NCBI GenBank assembly: GCA_951406725.2
Contig: OX597818.1
Location: 37,634,001 to 37,698,000, forward strand
Origin: Octopus vulgaris
Taxonomy: Eukaryota
DNA: 64,000 bases
Direction: 5' to 3'
The notes under the pieces are model-generated. The model was not told the DNA's origin. It was given only the letters and a program-made list of their open reading frames with translations, and searched no databases. Positions 1-11,264 of the stretch are shown here, one piece after another (positions within the stretch are counted from its first letter, which is position 1; every line of letters starts with the position of its first letter). The position numbers and the translations under genes were made by a program.

Positions 1-46
1 GCTCGGCAAAACTTTAATTTTATCGTTGCTACTCCTCCTTGCCTAC

Positions 47-49
47 ATC

Positions 50-81
<32 letters not shown>

Positions 82-89
82 CCACAACA

Positions 90-130
<41 letters not shown>

Positions 131-180
131 CATCACCACCACAAAAACCACCACCACCACCACCACCACCACCACTACTA

Positions 181-244
<64 letters not shown>

Positions 245-283
245 TACCACTACTACTACTGCTGCTGAAGATGATGATGATGA

Positions 284-324
<41 letters not shown>

Positions 325-503
325 ACACTGTTGTTACTGCAAACAATAACATAACTCTTTTGCAGTGAGCAACATCACCATCGTCATCATCATCATCATC
401 ATCATCACCACCACCACTTTCCCTACTCCATCGATTTCTGGTTGTTATTTTTTTTTTACCAAAAAGGGCCACCACCACGACGACGACGACGACCACCACC
501 ACC
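47..503. repeat. compound trinucleotide microsatellite (CAC/AAC/TAC/GAT/CAT/GAC)
   Basis: Directly visible runs; explains the poly-T/V/Y/H ORFs. Confidence 0.95.
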
Positions 504-844
504 ACCCTCTACTCCCAAAACTAACGGTAACCCCAAATCCATCGCTAGTACCTCCACTATGCCAATTTCATCATCACCGTGAGCAGCACTACGATTTCTA
601 GCGTTATCTTCGCCCTGACTAATTGTACCGGCTGTTAATGCCATTAACTTTACCAATATTCGCTTCTTATATTACATCTCTCCCACGATAACAATTTCCT
701 GCAGGTTTATGGCCCACACCCAACAATCCACAACTTTAGCAATCCTTTATTCCATTAGCTTCACCACCATTACCGCCTCCGCTGCTACATTTTATCTAGC
801 TGTTAGTGCCACTAATAATTAGCAATGCCCTAACCTCTCAATCC

Positions 845-917
845 ATGCATACATACATACATACATACATACATACATACATACATACATACATACATAC
901 ATACATACATACATACA

Positions 918-950
<33 letters not shown>
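845..950. repeat. (CATA)n microsatellite
   Basis: Direct. Confidence 0.95.
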
Positions 951-951
<1 letters not shown>

Positions 952-1158
952 GTTAATCCAATAGTGAAAACACAAAGAGAAAACACAACAACGCGAGGAC
1001 GTGGAGCAAGAATAGTGTTATTGAACGCTCAGGAAAGGAAAGAAAGTAGGAGGATTTAACGTTTCGAGCGGAGCTCTTCGTCAGAAACTTAGAAAAAGGA
1101 AAGGTCCAAGGAAGGGAAGACGGAGGAAGAAAATCGCCAACGATACACACGCAGTCAC
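951..1158 (-). mobile_element. HHR family A module (Penelope pLTR-like, non-autonomous)
   Basis: Related copies at about 7400-7590 (+), 7591-7748 (-) and 51501-51680 (-); 3' end abuts (TA)n/(CATA)n; contains an HHR. Confidence 0.75.
1054..1088 (-). ncRNA. minimal type I hammerhead ribozyme, family A
   Basis: Minus strand gttt-CTGACGA-a-gagc(tcc)gctc-GAAA-cgtt-aaat; palindromic ACGU stem III; GUU cleavage triplet. Confidence 0.8.
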
Positions 1159-1278
1159 ATACATATATACAGAGTACATACATACATGCATACATACATA
1201 GTACATACATACATACATGCATACATACATACATACATACATACATACATACATACATACATACATACATACATAAAT

Positions 1279-1404
1279 CGGCGTAGGAGTGGCTGTGTGG
1301 TAAGAAACTTGCGCGGCACCTTGGGCAAGTGTCTTCTACTATAGCCTCGGGCTGACCAAAGCCTTGTGAATGGATTTGATAGACGAAAACTGAAAGAAGC
1401 CCGT

Positions 1405-1406
<2 letters not shown>
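1279..1406 (+). mobile_element. SINE family S2 (tRNA head, CORE-like), partial
   Basis: ggagtggctgtgtggtaag...gcaccttgggcaagtgtcttc shared with many copies in the window. Confidence 0.8.
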
Positions 1407-1469
<63 letters not shown>

Positions 1470-1487
1470 GTGGGGTATTTGTGTGTC

Positions 1488-1583
1488 TGTGCACCGTTTC
1501 TCTTCTTTATCCCAAATCATTATATCAGGTCTGTTGTGTTTACATTTTATTGAGGCTTTCACTGGGACATTCCACCAATAGTA
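1488..1583 (-). mobile_element. R4/Dong-like non-LTR retrotransposon fragment (restriction-like endonuclease domain)
   Basis: Translates [32 protein letters not shown]; the HNRPD motif is typical of RLE domains; embedded in microsatellites. Confidence 0.7.
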
Positions 1584-2129
1584 TGTATGCATGTATGTAT
1601 GTATGTATGTATGTATGTATGGATGGATGGATGGATGGATGGATGGATGGATGGATGGATGGATGGATGGATGGATGGATGGATGGATGGACGGACGGAC
1701 GGACGGACGGACGGATGTTCTTTTCTGTTATTAATTATTTGAAATCTTGTAAGAGAGGAATTGGTTTCGAACAGAGATTTCAAAGCGCCATCTTTGGAAT
1801 ATAGATAACAAGAACAATGTCACATTTTGCATATTTTTGCTGTTCTACCGAAAGATAATGCTTGTAATGTTAGGTGTGGGGGGAGGGGTTGCTTGGGTTT
1901 TTTTTTTTGTCTTTTCTCTCCTCTAAAAAATCCACAATTTTCCAAATTGTCATTTGGGGATTTACTCACAAAACCAAATGCGCTGTTATTGATATAAACG
2001 TGCGTTTTTAACCTGGGTTTAGAACCTGGAAATTGCGGTGCAGTTGTCCATTGTTATCCTTTTACTCTTTTGCCGAAATGCTAAGTTACGGGGACGTAAA
2101 CACACGAACATCGGTTGTCAAGCGACGGT

Positions 2130-3020
2130 GGGCTAAGAACAATAGCGTGCAGTTTAATGCTGAAATGTTTCAAGTACTGCTATCAGAATGCAAAACTAAA
2201 TGCAATACAAATTAAATACACTGGATCTGGAGTGATTGCAATCCCAGAGACAGTCAGTGTGAGACCTGAGTATTTACATGAGTAATGAAGCATCATTCCA
2301 TGTGCATGTTGCTAAATTAGCAATGAAATGCAGGAGGCTGACCGGATGGATTCTTTTAAAACGAGAGATGGTCCTCTGGAGGTCATTTGTCCTAAGCTGC
2401 TTTGACTATTGTTCCCAGCTATGGTCACCAACCACGGTAAATTAATTGCAGAACTTGAGATAATCTAACGAAGCTACACGAAGAAAACAGCCTCTATGCA
2501 GCATATAAGCTACCAGGAAAGACTCAAGAGATGGAGACTCTATCCCCTGGAGTGTAAGCGGGCAAGATATGCTGTAATATACATCTGGATTTTTCTGGAG
2601 AGATTTGTTCCAAATTTTGGCATTGAGAGTTACACTAACGCTATAACAGGGCGCCACTACATAGTATCAAAGATTCCAACTTTGCCATCAAAATATAGGA
2701 CAAGATATTGTAATAGCCTGGGCTTTATAGGCCCACATCTCTTCAATATCTTCCCGAAAGACCTGAGAGACCTACATGGGGTGGATGTAGATGTCTTCAA
2801 ACAAAACTAGATCTCTTACTTGTCAAGAGTCTCAGATGAACCAACTTCACAGCAGAAAGTGCAAATGAGGACAGCAGCGTCAAACTACCTCATCCACCAA
2901 ATGTCAAGTTCTAAAAAGAATTACTGCAGTAAAATGTGTGTAGCAACACCAAATAGCAGTGCTCCGGCATGGCCACAGCTCGTGAGCTGAAGCTATTTCA
3001 ATTCAACTCAATTCAATTCA
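2130..3020 (+). mobile_element. CR1/L2-group LINE 3' fragment, degenerate
   Basis: ORF 2496-2810 reads YQERLKRWRLYPLECKRARYAVIYIW...GPHLFNIFPKDLR (post-RT C-terminus); 3' hairpin and (ATTCA)n tail at about 2995-3020. Confidence 0.8.
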
Positions 3021-4049
3021 TATATATATAATTGAAAAAATTGGAGTCTACAAGAAGGGGTACAATTGCTACAATTGCTTCCATGCAACGTAGTTCTCCA
3101 GGTCTGTAGGTACTTGATTATGCAACTGTTTCCATGCATTTTAAGATCTAGTCGTGTTTCTTCAGGCGATATGTAAATATTGTCTCCGTAAATTTAAAAT
3201 CCCCGGCTTCAAGAACATCCTATCTGTCTGTCGATGCCTGAATTTAGTTGTAGTCTCTGAGCTTACCAGGGTGTGTAATTGCTGAAGGGCCGTTGGCAAA
3301 CTGCTTTGAATGTGTAGTTGTAGTGGGATGGTGATTCTGGTACTGTTAAAGTGGTTGTCGTTTTAAAGGAATTGGCATTTAATTTCTTTGTACGTCATAG
3401 CTGGTTACACATGTGATTGTCCTTAGCTGGCCTTTAAGATTCAATGCTCGGATGCATACACGCATACACACACACACAAACACACTCACACATCCACATA
3501 CACATACATATATACATATGTATATATTATATATATATGCATATACATACGTATATGTTCACACATGCTCACATATACGGATGCGTACGCGCTCTCACAT
3601 ACATACACACGTAGAAACAGACCTACACTCGTACGCATATGCACACACACGCACACATTCACACCCATACATATAAATATATATTTTTTCACACATACAC
3701 ATATACGAATATATATTTTTTTTTTCATGCACATATACACACACATATACAAACATATGCGAGCTAAAACATTTTTAAGGATTTAAGGATGTATGTATAT
3801 ATTATATATATATATGGTCCGCAGGTACCGTTTAAGGCTGAATGAAGACATTAGCTACCTTGTTCGAGGTATAAGGACGCAGTTGTGTATCGGTAGCCAG
3901 CTGGAAATGATGTTTTCTTGAGGCTTAAAAAGGTAGTAATATCGTCCTAATCAGGACTGCCACTTTACGTTGGCAACCACATTTTACTCTGTAGTACTAT
4001 TACTTCTTACTTCTCGCTTCTGCCACAATCAGGTGGCAAATATACTTCA

Positions 4050-4105
<56 letters not shown>

Positions 4106-4158
4106 CTCGCTAGCCACTACACATTCTTTATTTTCTCTCCTTGTTTCTTTCTGTATCC

Positions 4159-4194
4159 CTTTCTGTGGAAGAGCGTAGGTGCGAAACGTTAAAT
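4159..4194 (+). ncRNA. degenerate family A-like hammerhead
   Basis: ttt-CTGTGGA-agagcgtaggtgc-GAAA-cgtt-aaat; core and stem II mutated; lies just after (TA)n. Confidence 0.45.
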
Positions 4195-5270
4195 ACTTTT
4201 TCCCTTTCCGAGCGTTATACTCTGTTTGTTGTCTACACCACCTGTTTTCGTCTTTTGTTTTTCTTTTTTTTTTTGTGAATTCTCCCAACAAACATACACA
4301 CACATACATATATGGATTTGCTACATATATATATGAACATGAAGAGCATAGTGATAAAGAAGTAAACAAAAAAGAATAATGAAAACAAAGTGCTTCTTGC
4401 CAATCGAAAAGGGGTGGGAAAAAGAGAGAATTTTAATAACCTTTATAGATTTCAGGAACAAAAAAACCTTCCTCGGTGATCGAGTAAGGTTCATAAGGTC
4501 AAAAGAAGGGCATTCAATAAATACGGAAAATGGAAAATATAATTTTATATCACAATCTTATGAACCTATTAAACAGAGTACTTTGCTCAGTTCATACGAT
4601 CATAATATAATATATATAATGATATGTGTAAGTGTGTTTGTGCGTGTGTATTCCAGAAGTAATTCATGAACTATAGCAGTGTATGAAATTGCTCGTTAAG
4701 TTCCCTTGTTTTGTCTATGGTTTGTTACTGACCTCTTTTCCTTTTATCAAGTTGGATACAAATTCTTGATTTACCATGGATTTCATACTTTATATCCCAA
4801 CACCTTGTAGAAGGGAGTGTGCCTGTATGTGCGCGCGCGTGTGAGCGCCGCGGTTGTTGTTTTAGTTCCAGTGTGGTCGATATTCACCAGACATCACGGC
4901 GCCCGACTATAAATCTAAACCCTTTACCAGCCATCGTATCATCTGTCTTTTTTTTATATATATATTTTATCTCTGTCGAAATCTCATTTCTTTCTGTCCT
5001 TTTAGTGCCATTTATTATTTATTCGTTCTTGTGTTTATTTTATTGTTGCAAACCAGTTTCCTCTCTCTCCCCTTCTACCTCCATTTACACACGAAGCTGT
5101 CTTAGACAAACATTGAGATCTTTGGAAGAGAAAAAGGGATGGAATCCGTCACGCCTTTAAAACCCTCCGCTCTCCCATAGGCACAACCACTACACGAACC
5201 ATCGAGGAAACTTCTACAAGGTTTTTCGAGGTGTAGCCAAACTTCTTCAAATCACACCCCATCATTTTGT

Positions 5271-5789
5271 GGTACTATTTAAGAAGAGTGGTCTCGGTGC
5301 GCGCACTCGCGTACTCGCGCATCCGCGCTAGCTAGTCATGACTTGTCGATCCTTACTTTGTGTTTTTGTTTTATTTTGTTTTAAAAAAATTATTTACTTT
5401 GTGGTTTTTTTTTATTTACCTTGTTTTAAAAAATTATTTACTTGCGTAAAAAAATAATTTATATTTATTTCCTTACTACCCACAAGGGGTTAAACAGAGG
5501 GGACAAACAAAGACAGACAAACGGATTAAGTCGATTATATCGATCTCAGTTCGTAACTGGTACTTATTTAATCGACCCCGAAAGGATGAAAGGCAAAGTC
5601 GACCTCGGCGGGATTTGAACTCAGAACGTAACGGCAGACGAAATACGGCTACACATAATTTATATTGTGATTTTGTGTTTTATTTACTTTGCTAGGTAGT
5701 CGTTGTAGGATCGAATTGTCACGACTAGCTAGCGCGGATACGCGAGTACGTGAGTGCGCGCACCGGGACCACTCTTCTTAAATAGTACC
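5271..5789. mobile_element. Mutator-like MITE with about 85-bp TIRs
   Basis: TIRs ggtactatttaagaagagtggt.../...accactcttcttaaatagtacc; 9-bp TSD tcattttgt/tcgttttgt (1 mismatch). Confidence 0.8.
5462..5655 (-). mobile_element. SINE family S1 nested in the MITE
   Basis: cgaccccgaaaggatgaaaggcaaagtcgacctcggc core shared with other S1 copies. Confidence 0.8.
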
Positions 5790-6002
5790 TCGTTTTGTAT
5801 AACGAAGGACACGTTAAACTTTTCATTACCATCTCATGTGAGACCGTGCCTCATTTCCCAATTCTACCGAAATTTCAAGTTCAATTATTTTCGAAACATC
5901 ACCGTAATAATATTGACAAAGTTATGCTATTAAATTCTTCATTATTTCTTCAAAATTAATTGAAACAAAGGTAGTGCGTTTCTACTGAAATATTGTAGCG
6001 AA

Positions 6003-6375
6003 GGCTGTATGGTTAAGAAGCCCGCTTTGCAACCACGTGGTTTTGAGTTCAGCCCCAATGCGCTGTACGTTGGGTAAATAAATACCTCCTACTGCAGCTC
6101 AGGGTCAACCAATGCATGAAGAATTAATTTGGTAGTCGGAAACTGTGAGGAAACCCACCGTATATGTGTGTGTGTGTGTGTATTTGTACGTCACCACTGC
6201 TTGACAACCGATATCGGTTTGTTTACGCCTCCGCAACTAAGCGATTCGACAAAAGAGACTCGATACTATAACGTATCAAACTTTAAAATGCTAGGGTCGA
6301 TTTGTTCGACTAAAACCCTTCAAGGCGGTGCTCCAGCATGGCTGCAGTCCAGTGACTAAAACAAGTAAAAGATAA
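6003..6375 (+). mobile_element. SINE family S2, diverged full-length copy
   Basis: Head, internal (TG)n and tail gcggtgctccagcatggctgcagtc. Confidence 0.75.
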
Positions 6376-6672
6376 AGGTGAATGATAAGAAAAGTGTAAA
6401 ATAATGTTTTCCTTCATCCTCCTCCGAAAAACAGACGGGATGGTCATGGTTGAAATGCCTTTGATTATACATTTGATCTATTACGGTCGATAAGGTGATA
6501 AATAAAAAAACGACAACAACCGATCATTCTACTCGACCTAGCTCCTATACGACAGGCAAATGTATAGCAACAGTAACAATCAATCGCGTAATATCTGGTT
6601 AGTAACTTAATCATGTGTTTTTAGATCCATCAGTAGGTTGATCTCTCTGCCATATTAACTGCTCATATAATT

Positions 6673-6673
<1 letters not shown>

Positions 6674-6742
<69 letters not shown>

Positions 6743-6761
6743 GTCTGTCTGTCTGTCTGTG

Positions 6762-6834
<73 letters not shown>
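6674..6834. repeat. (TATC)n-(TGTC)n-(TC)n compound microsatellite
   Basis: Direct. Confidence 0.95.
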
Positions 6835-6836
<2 letters not shown>

Positions 6837-7446
6837 GTCGTTGGGTTTTCCCACGCCCGTCTCCGCGGGACCACTCTTCCATCTTCCCCTCAGCTGGAGT
6901 CCTTTTTCCTTAACCGCCCCCTTTTTCGTTACACACACGCGCCCACATATACACACATTGCTTAAATATATACATTACGTGGTAGTATTACTCGCCATTA
7001 ATACTACCACGACACTGGACACACACACACACTACTACTCAACACACGCTGGCACGCTACATACGCCCCACCCCTTCCCCTCCCTCCCTTCCTCCTTCCT
7101 TCTTTTTCTTACTACTGACCTTTGTCTGCTAAGCTGACCACTGTCTCGCCCTACCTCACACGCCTACACACAGACGCACACACTAACACATACATATATT
7201 TTTTGTTTTTTTATCTCGCCTCACACACACACATACACACACGCACACGCACACACTCACACATACACACACATCTGTTGCGTTACCAACCTTGTCTCCA
7301 CTCTTTTGCCTTTAAAAACCTACTTTGCTCTTGTTATCGTAAACATCCGCCTTTCACCATGTGCAACTCGTAAATACCAGTCGTTTTTTTTCTCTATCCC
7401 TGTTGCCCGCTCTGGGATCTTTCTTTCCTCTCTCTTCCTTCTTTAT

Positions 7447-7481
7447 GTTTCCGACGAAGAGCTCCGCTCGAAACGTCATAC
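7447..7481 (+). ncRNA. minimal hammerhead ribozyme, family A (CCGACGA core variant)
   Basis: gttt-CCGACGA-a-gagc(tcc)gctc-GAAA-cGTC-atac. Confidence 0.7.
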
Positions 7482-7641
7482 CTCCCTGCTTCCATTTCCT
7501 GAGCGCCTATTAATAATAATACTGTATTTGTTCCATTGTTGTTGTTTTTTGGGGGTTTTTTTCCCGTTTGGATTAAAATTATATATATATAGGACGTGGA
7601 ACAATAGTGTTATTGGACGCTCAGGAAAGGAAAGAAAGAGC

Positions 7642-7676
7642 ATCTAACGTTTCGAGCGGAGCTCTTCGTCAGAAAC
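7642..7676 (-). ncRNA. minimal hammerhead ribozyme, family A
   Basis: Minus strand gttt-CTGACGA-a-gagc(tcc)gctc-GAAA-cgtt-agat. Confidence 0.75.
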
Positions 7677-8121
7677 ATAGGAAAGGGAAAGATCCAAGGA
7701 AGGAAAAACGGAGGAAAAGCATCGCCAACGATACACATGCGGTCACATAGATAGATAGATATTATTGATGTAGTCGTTTTCATGCTCGCATGTGTACAAA
7801 GAGGATCAAAAGAATATTTTATTCAATAAAAAACAAATGTTCTGAATAGTAATAGCACACACTCACACAGACGTATGTACAGCGAATGTTCAAAAATAGT
7901 GGTTACGTTATTAAACACTCGATACTTTATTGACAAAAGAAGGGACATTTACTATTGTTATATATATATATATATTACACTGGTGAATCAATAAGTTAGC
8001 TTCTATACTGGTAGTTTTTAATCTAGGCAGTAATGTTCCAACTGATGCATTTTGAGCAAAGGTGTAGCCAGGTTCTAAAGTTAAGGGGCGCGAGCGCATG
8101 AAAAAGGCGCCTTGATACATA

Positions 8122-8639
8122 CCGTAAATCTTCGAGAATAGTCTGCCCTTGAGTATAATACGCAGGGGATTTTTAGGGGGCTGTACCTCTGAAAAACCTA
8201 AACCTTGTGTATAATACGCACCCCTTCTCTAACTTGAGCCGTGCGTAATTAAGCCAGCAGCACCTAGCCGAACAAACACTTCCGCACATGCGTAATACAA
8301 TAATGGTGATGTTCTTAACTGTTATATGGGAATGTAAATATGTTTACAAATTGTTTTACATGTTATTCTGTGTTCTGAATACTTTTATTTTAATAAATGT
8401 TGCTTACTGCAAGTTATGGATGATTCTTTTATGACTTCATTGCTTTCAGGCTTAGCTTAAGGTATTTTCGCGCCCGACATCACAAAATGCGTCTGAATAA
8501 ATGTTGCCGGACAGCAAATAGAGACTCGGACATTGCTTAGAAAATATTTTTCATTTTTAACCTCATATATAGTACGCACTAGGGATTTTGACCTTTAAAT
8601 TTTGGGAAAAAAGTGCGGATTATACTCGAGGATTTACGG
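8122..8639. mobile_element. Tc1/mariner-pogo-type MITE
   Basis: TIRs ccgtaaatcttcgagaata/tatactcgaggatttacgg with TA on both sides; second copy at 41013-41525. Confidence 0.85.
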
Positions 8640-9274
8640 TACTAAATAATTTTTAATTCATCTCTCTTATATTACGTGAAATATTTCATTGTACATGATT
8701 GTATTCTATATTCATTAATTTCATGTTTCAGTAGCAATGTCATTACATATGAAACTTACAAGTACTGATATAGGTAACTAAAGAGTTTAAAAAATGTGAA
8801 AAGGCGCCAATTTTGAATATTGTGTTCAATGGGGTGGTCACTCCTCTTGCTCCCGTATCAGCTACGCCACTGGTTAGGAGGTCACAGAATGACAGCAAGT
8901 ATGAAGGAAACGCTGGGAATGCAGGGGGTTACGAGTTTTCTAAGAAATAAAATCTTTTATCCAGGTGCAATACTTACATTTTAAACCACATTAAAAAATA
9001 TGCTATTCGAGATAAAAAAAAAAAAAACATCGTTGTGTTATCAGTGAACATAAACATATCTGATAATACATCAAGTTCCAATATAATTTTTTCATATAAA
9101 CCCCTCACCTACTTTAATAATTTTCATAATAATTTAACATAAGAGGCGTTAGTAAATGTAAATATTGAAAAACAAGGCACACACCATGTGGGATAGTAAA
9201 TGAAAACAGAGTTAAAACCCTTATTTACATTATTTACATTCGACGGATATTTGTCCTCATCTTGTTTGTTGTTA

Positions 9275-9318
9275 ACACAACGTTTCGGCTGATATATCCT
9301 TCAGCATTCTTCAGGTGT
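9275..9318 (-). ncRNA. minimal hammerhead ribozyme, family B
   Basis: acac-CTGAAGA-atgctga(aggatata)tcagcc-GAAA-cgtt-gtgt. Confidence 0.75.
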
Positions 9319-9425
9319 CTTGGGGAAATTTCGAACCTGGGTTCTCATTCCTAAAGTATTTTTCGATGTTGTTATTATTATTATTTACCTTAGGAATGAG
9401 AACCCAGGTTCGAAATTTCCCCAAG

Positions 9426-9469
9426 ACACCTGACGAAGGTTGGAGGGTATATCAGCCGAAAAGTTGTGT
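9426..9469 (+). ncRNA. minimal hammerhead ribozyme, family B (stem III C>A change)
   Basis: acac-CTGACGA-aggttgg(agggtata)tcagcc-GAAA-agtt-gtgt. Confidence 0.65.
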
Positions 9470-10682
9470 TAGCAACAAACAAGATGAGGACAAATATCCG
9501 TCTAATGTAAATAATATACATAAATCCTCATCTCTTAAATATAGAACAGAGTTAAAACCACCGTGCAGAATTAACATCTGTTGAATAAAATTATATACCG
9601 TTTTTTTTTCTCAAAGCAAGGGTAGGAGGCTTTTGTAAAACGCCATTCTGTGAAATGGACGCTGGGTTACAAATAGTTGAAAATCATTGCTTTACTGCGC
9701 AACGGTGGTAGTCTGGTTTTCTTTCCTAGTCAGGACTACTTTCTTCCTCAAGGAAGAATCTGAAAGTGGAAACACAGTTTTCACAAAGGTATTTTTTTGC
9801 TGACGTATGTCTTTGCCTATAAGTGTAATTATGTATACGTTTGTTTCAGTGAGTACTCTTTTATGTCTGTAACTATCTGTTCGTGTCTGGACTCAAGTCC
9901 TGTATTTTGGTATATCTAGAACTACATTGTCCAATGTGTTCCTCAAATCACCAAATGTACATTAAATCACGCGGTAGGGTGTAACTGGAAAGCAGATTTA
10001 ACTTGCTACAAGTAGGTCGAGCGCCGACTAAAGGCTTCCTCGTTGGCTCGCAGCCACCTGTGAATCTGAGTATGTGTATGAATGTATGTGTGTATATGCA
10101 TATCATACTTTTTCTCATGAAAAACATCACAATATAGGCTGAGTAGTTAAGTGGATGGTGAAGTGAGGAGGTCGGACATCCTCTTAAGTTCTTAACTACA
10201 TTATTCTTTTATGAAGTTTATTCGCTATAATTGTATCACTAATGCAAGTGAAAAAGACATTGATATCGTATACTAGCATTCATTTTTCCGAATACATAGC
10301 TATTCCTGTACCTCAATTGTAAGGCAGCACCGGATGCCGTAGAAGATGATGTAAACCAAGTTAATTAATTTAGAGAATAAATTACTCAGAGTTGGTCCCA
10401 ATGCATTAATATGTTACCTTTTAGTTAGCTCAAGGTTTAGTCCAGTTATACCGTTAAAACCTCAGATGAAAGGTATGAACATTACAGTATCGCATTTCTT
10501 TTTCTTCTATAAAAAATACAGACATTGTTTTAAGTGAAAACAAAACCATTATAGCAAAATAAAGGAGAGCTCCCTCCGAACCATGTCTATAATAATGCTT
10601 TTAGCTTTGATTGAAACTTATTTATTTCATTTATATGGTTAATACACTCGAGTAACTTATTAACATAATATTCTCATTCTCC

Positions 10683-11264
10683 AGGGCGGCGAGCCGGCGG
10701 AAACGTTAGCACGCCGGGCGAAATGCTTAGCGATATTTCGTCTGTCTTTACATTCTGAGTTCAAATTCCGCCGAGGTCACCTTTGCCTTTCCTCCTTTCG
10801 GGGTAGATAAATTAAGTACCAGTTACGCACTGGTGTCGATGTAATCGACTTAATCCCTTTGTTTATCCTTGTTTGTCCCCTCGATGTTTAGCTCTTTGTG
10901 GGCAATAAAGAAATAGGAAACGTTAACACGCCAGGCGAAATGCTTAGCAGTATTTCGTCTGCCGCTACGTTCTGAGTTCAAATTCCGCCGAGGTCGACTT
11001 CGCCTTTCATCCTTTCGGGGTCGATTAAATAAGTACCAGTTACGTATTGGGGTCGATCTAATCGACTTAATCCGTTTGTCTATCCTTGTAAAGAAATAGA
11101 AATAGGTATTTCGTCTGTCTTTACGTTCTGGGTTCAAATTCCGCCTAGGCCGACTTTGCCTTTCATTCTTTCGGGGTCGATAAATTAGTACCAGTTGCGT
11201 TCTGGGGTCGACTGGCTCCCTCCCCCCAAATTTCGGACCTTGTGCCTAGAGTAGAAAAGAAAAG
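10683..11264 (+). mobile_element. trimeric/nested SINE S1 composite
   Basis: Three S1 cores; 16-bp TSD aatattctcattctcc at 10667-10682 and 11265-11280. Confidence 0.85.

Larger units (their letters stand above)
9220..9544. mobile_element. HHR family B inverted (head-to-head) module with 15-bp TSD
   Basis: Arms about 9221-9356 and 9387-9520 are reverse complements; aacagagttaaaacc at 9205-9219 and 9545-9559. Confidence 0.85.

Noticed and set aside
26-656. Poly-amino-acid ORFs (also 46667-47897, 53052-53430, 59706-60256)
   Set aside because: Translations of microsatellites
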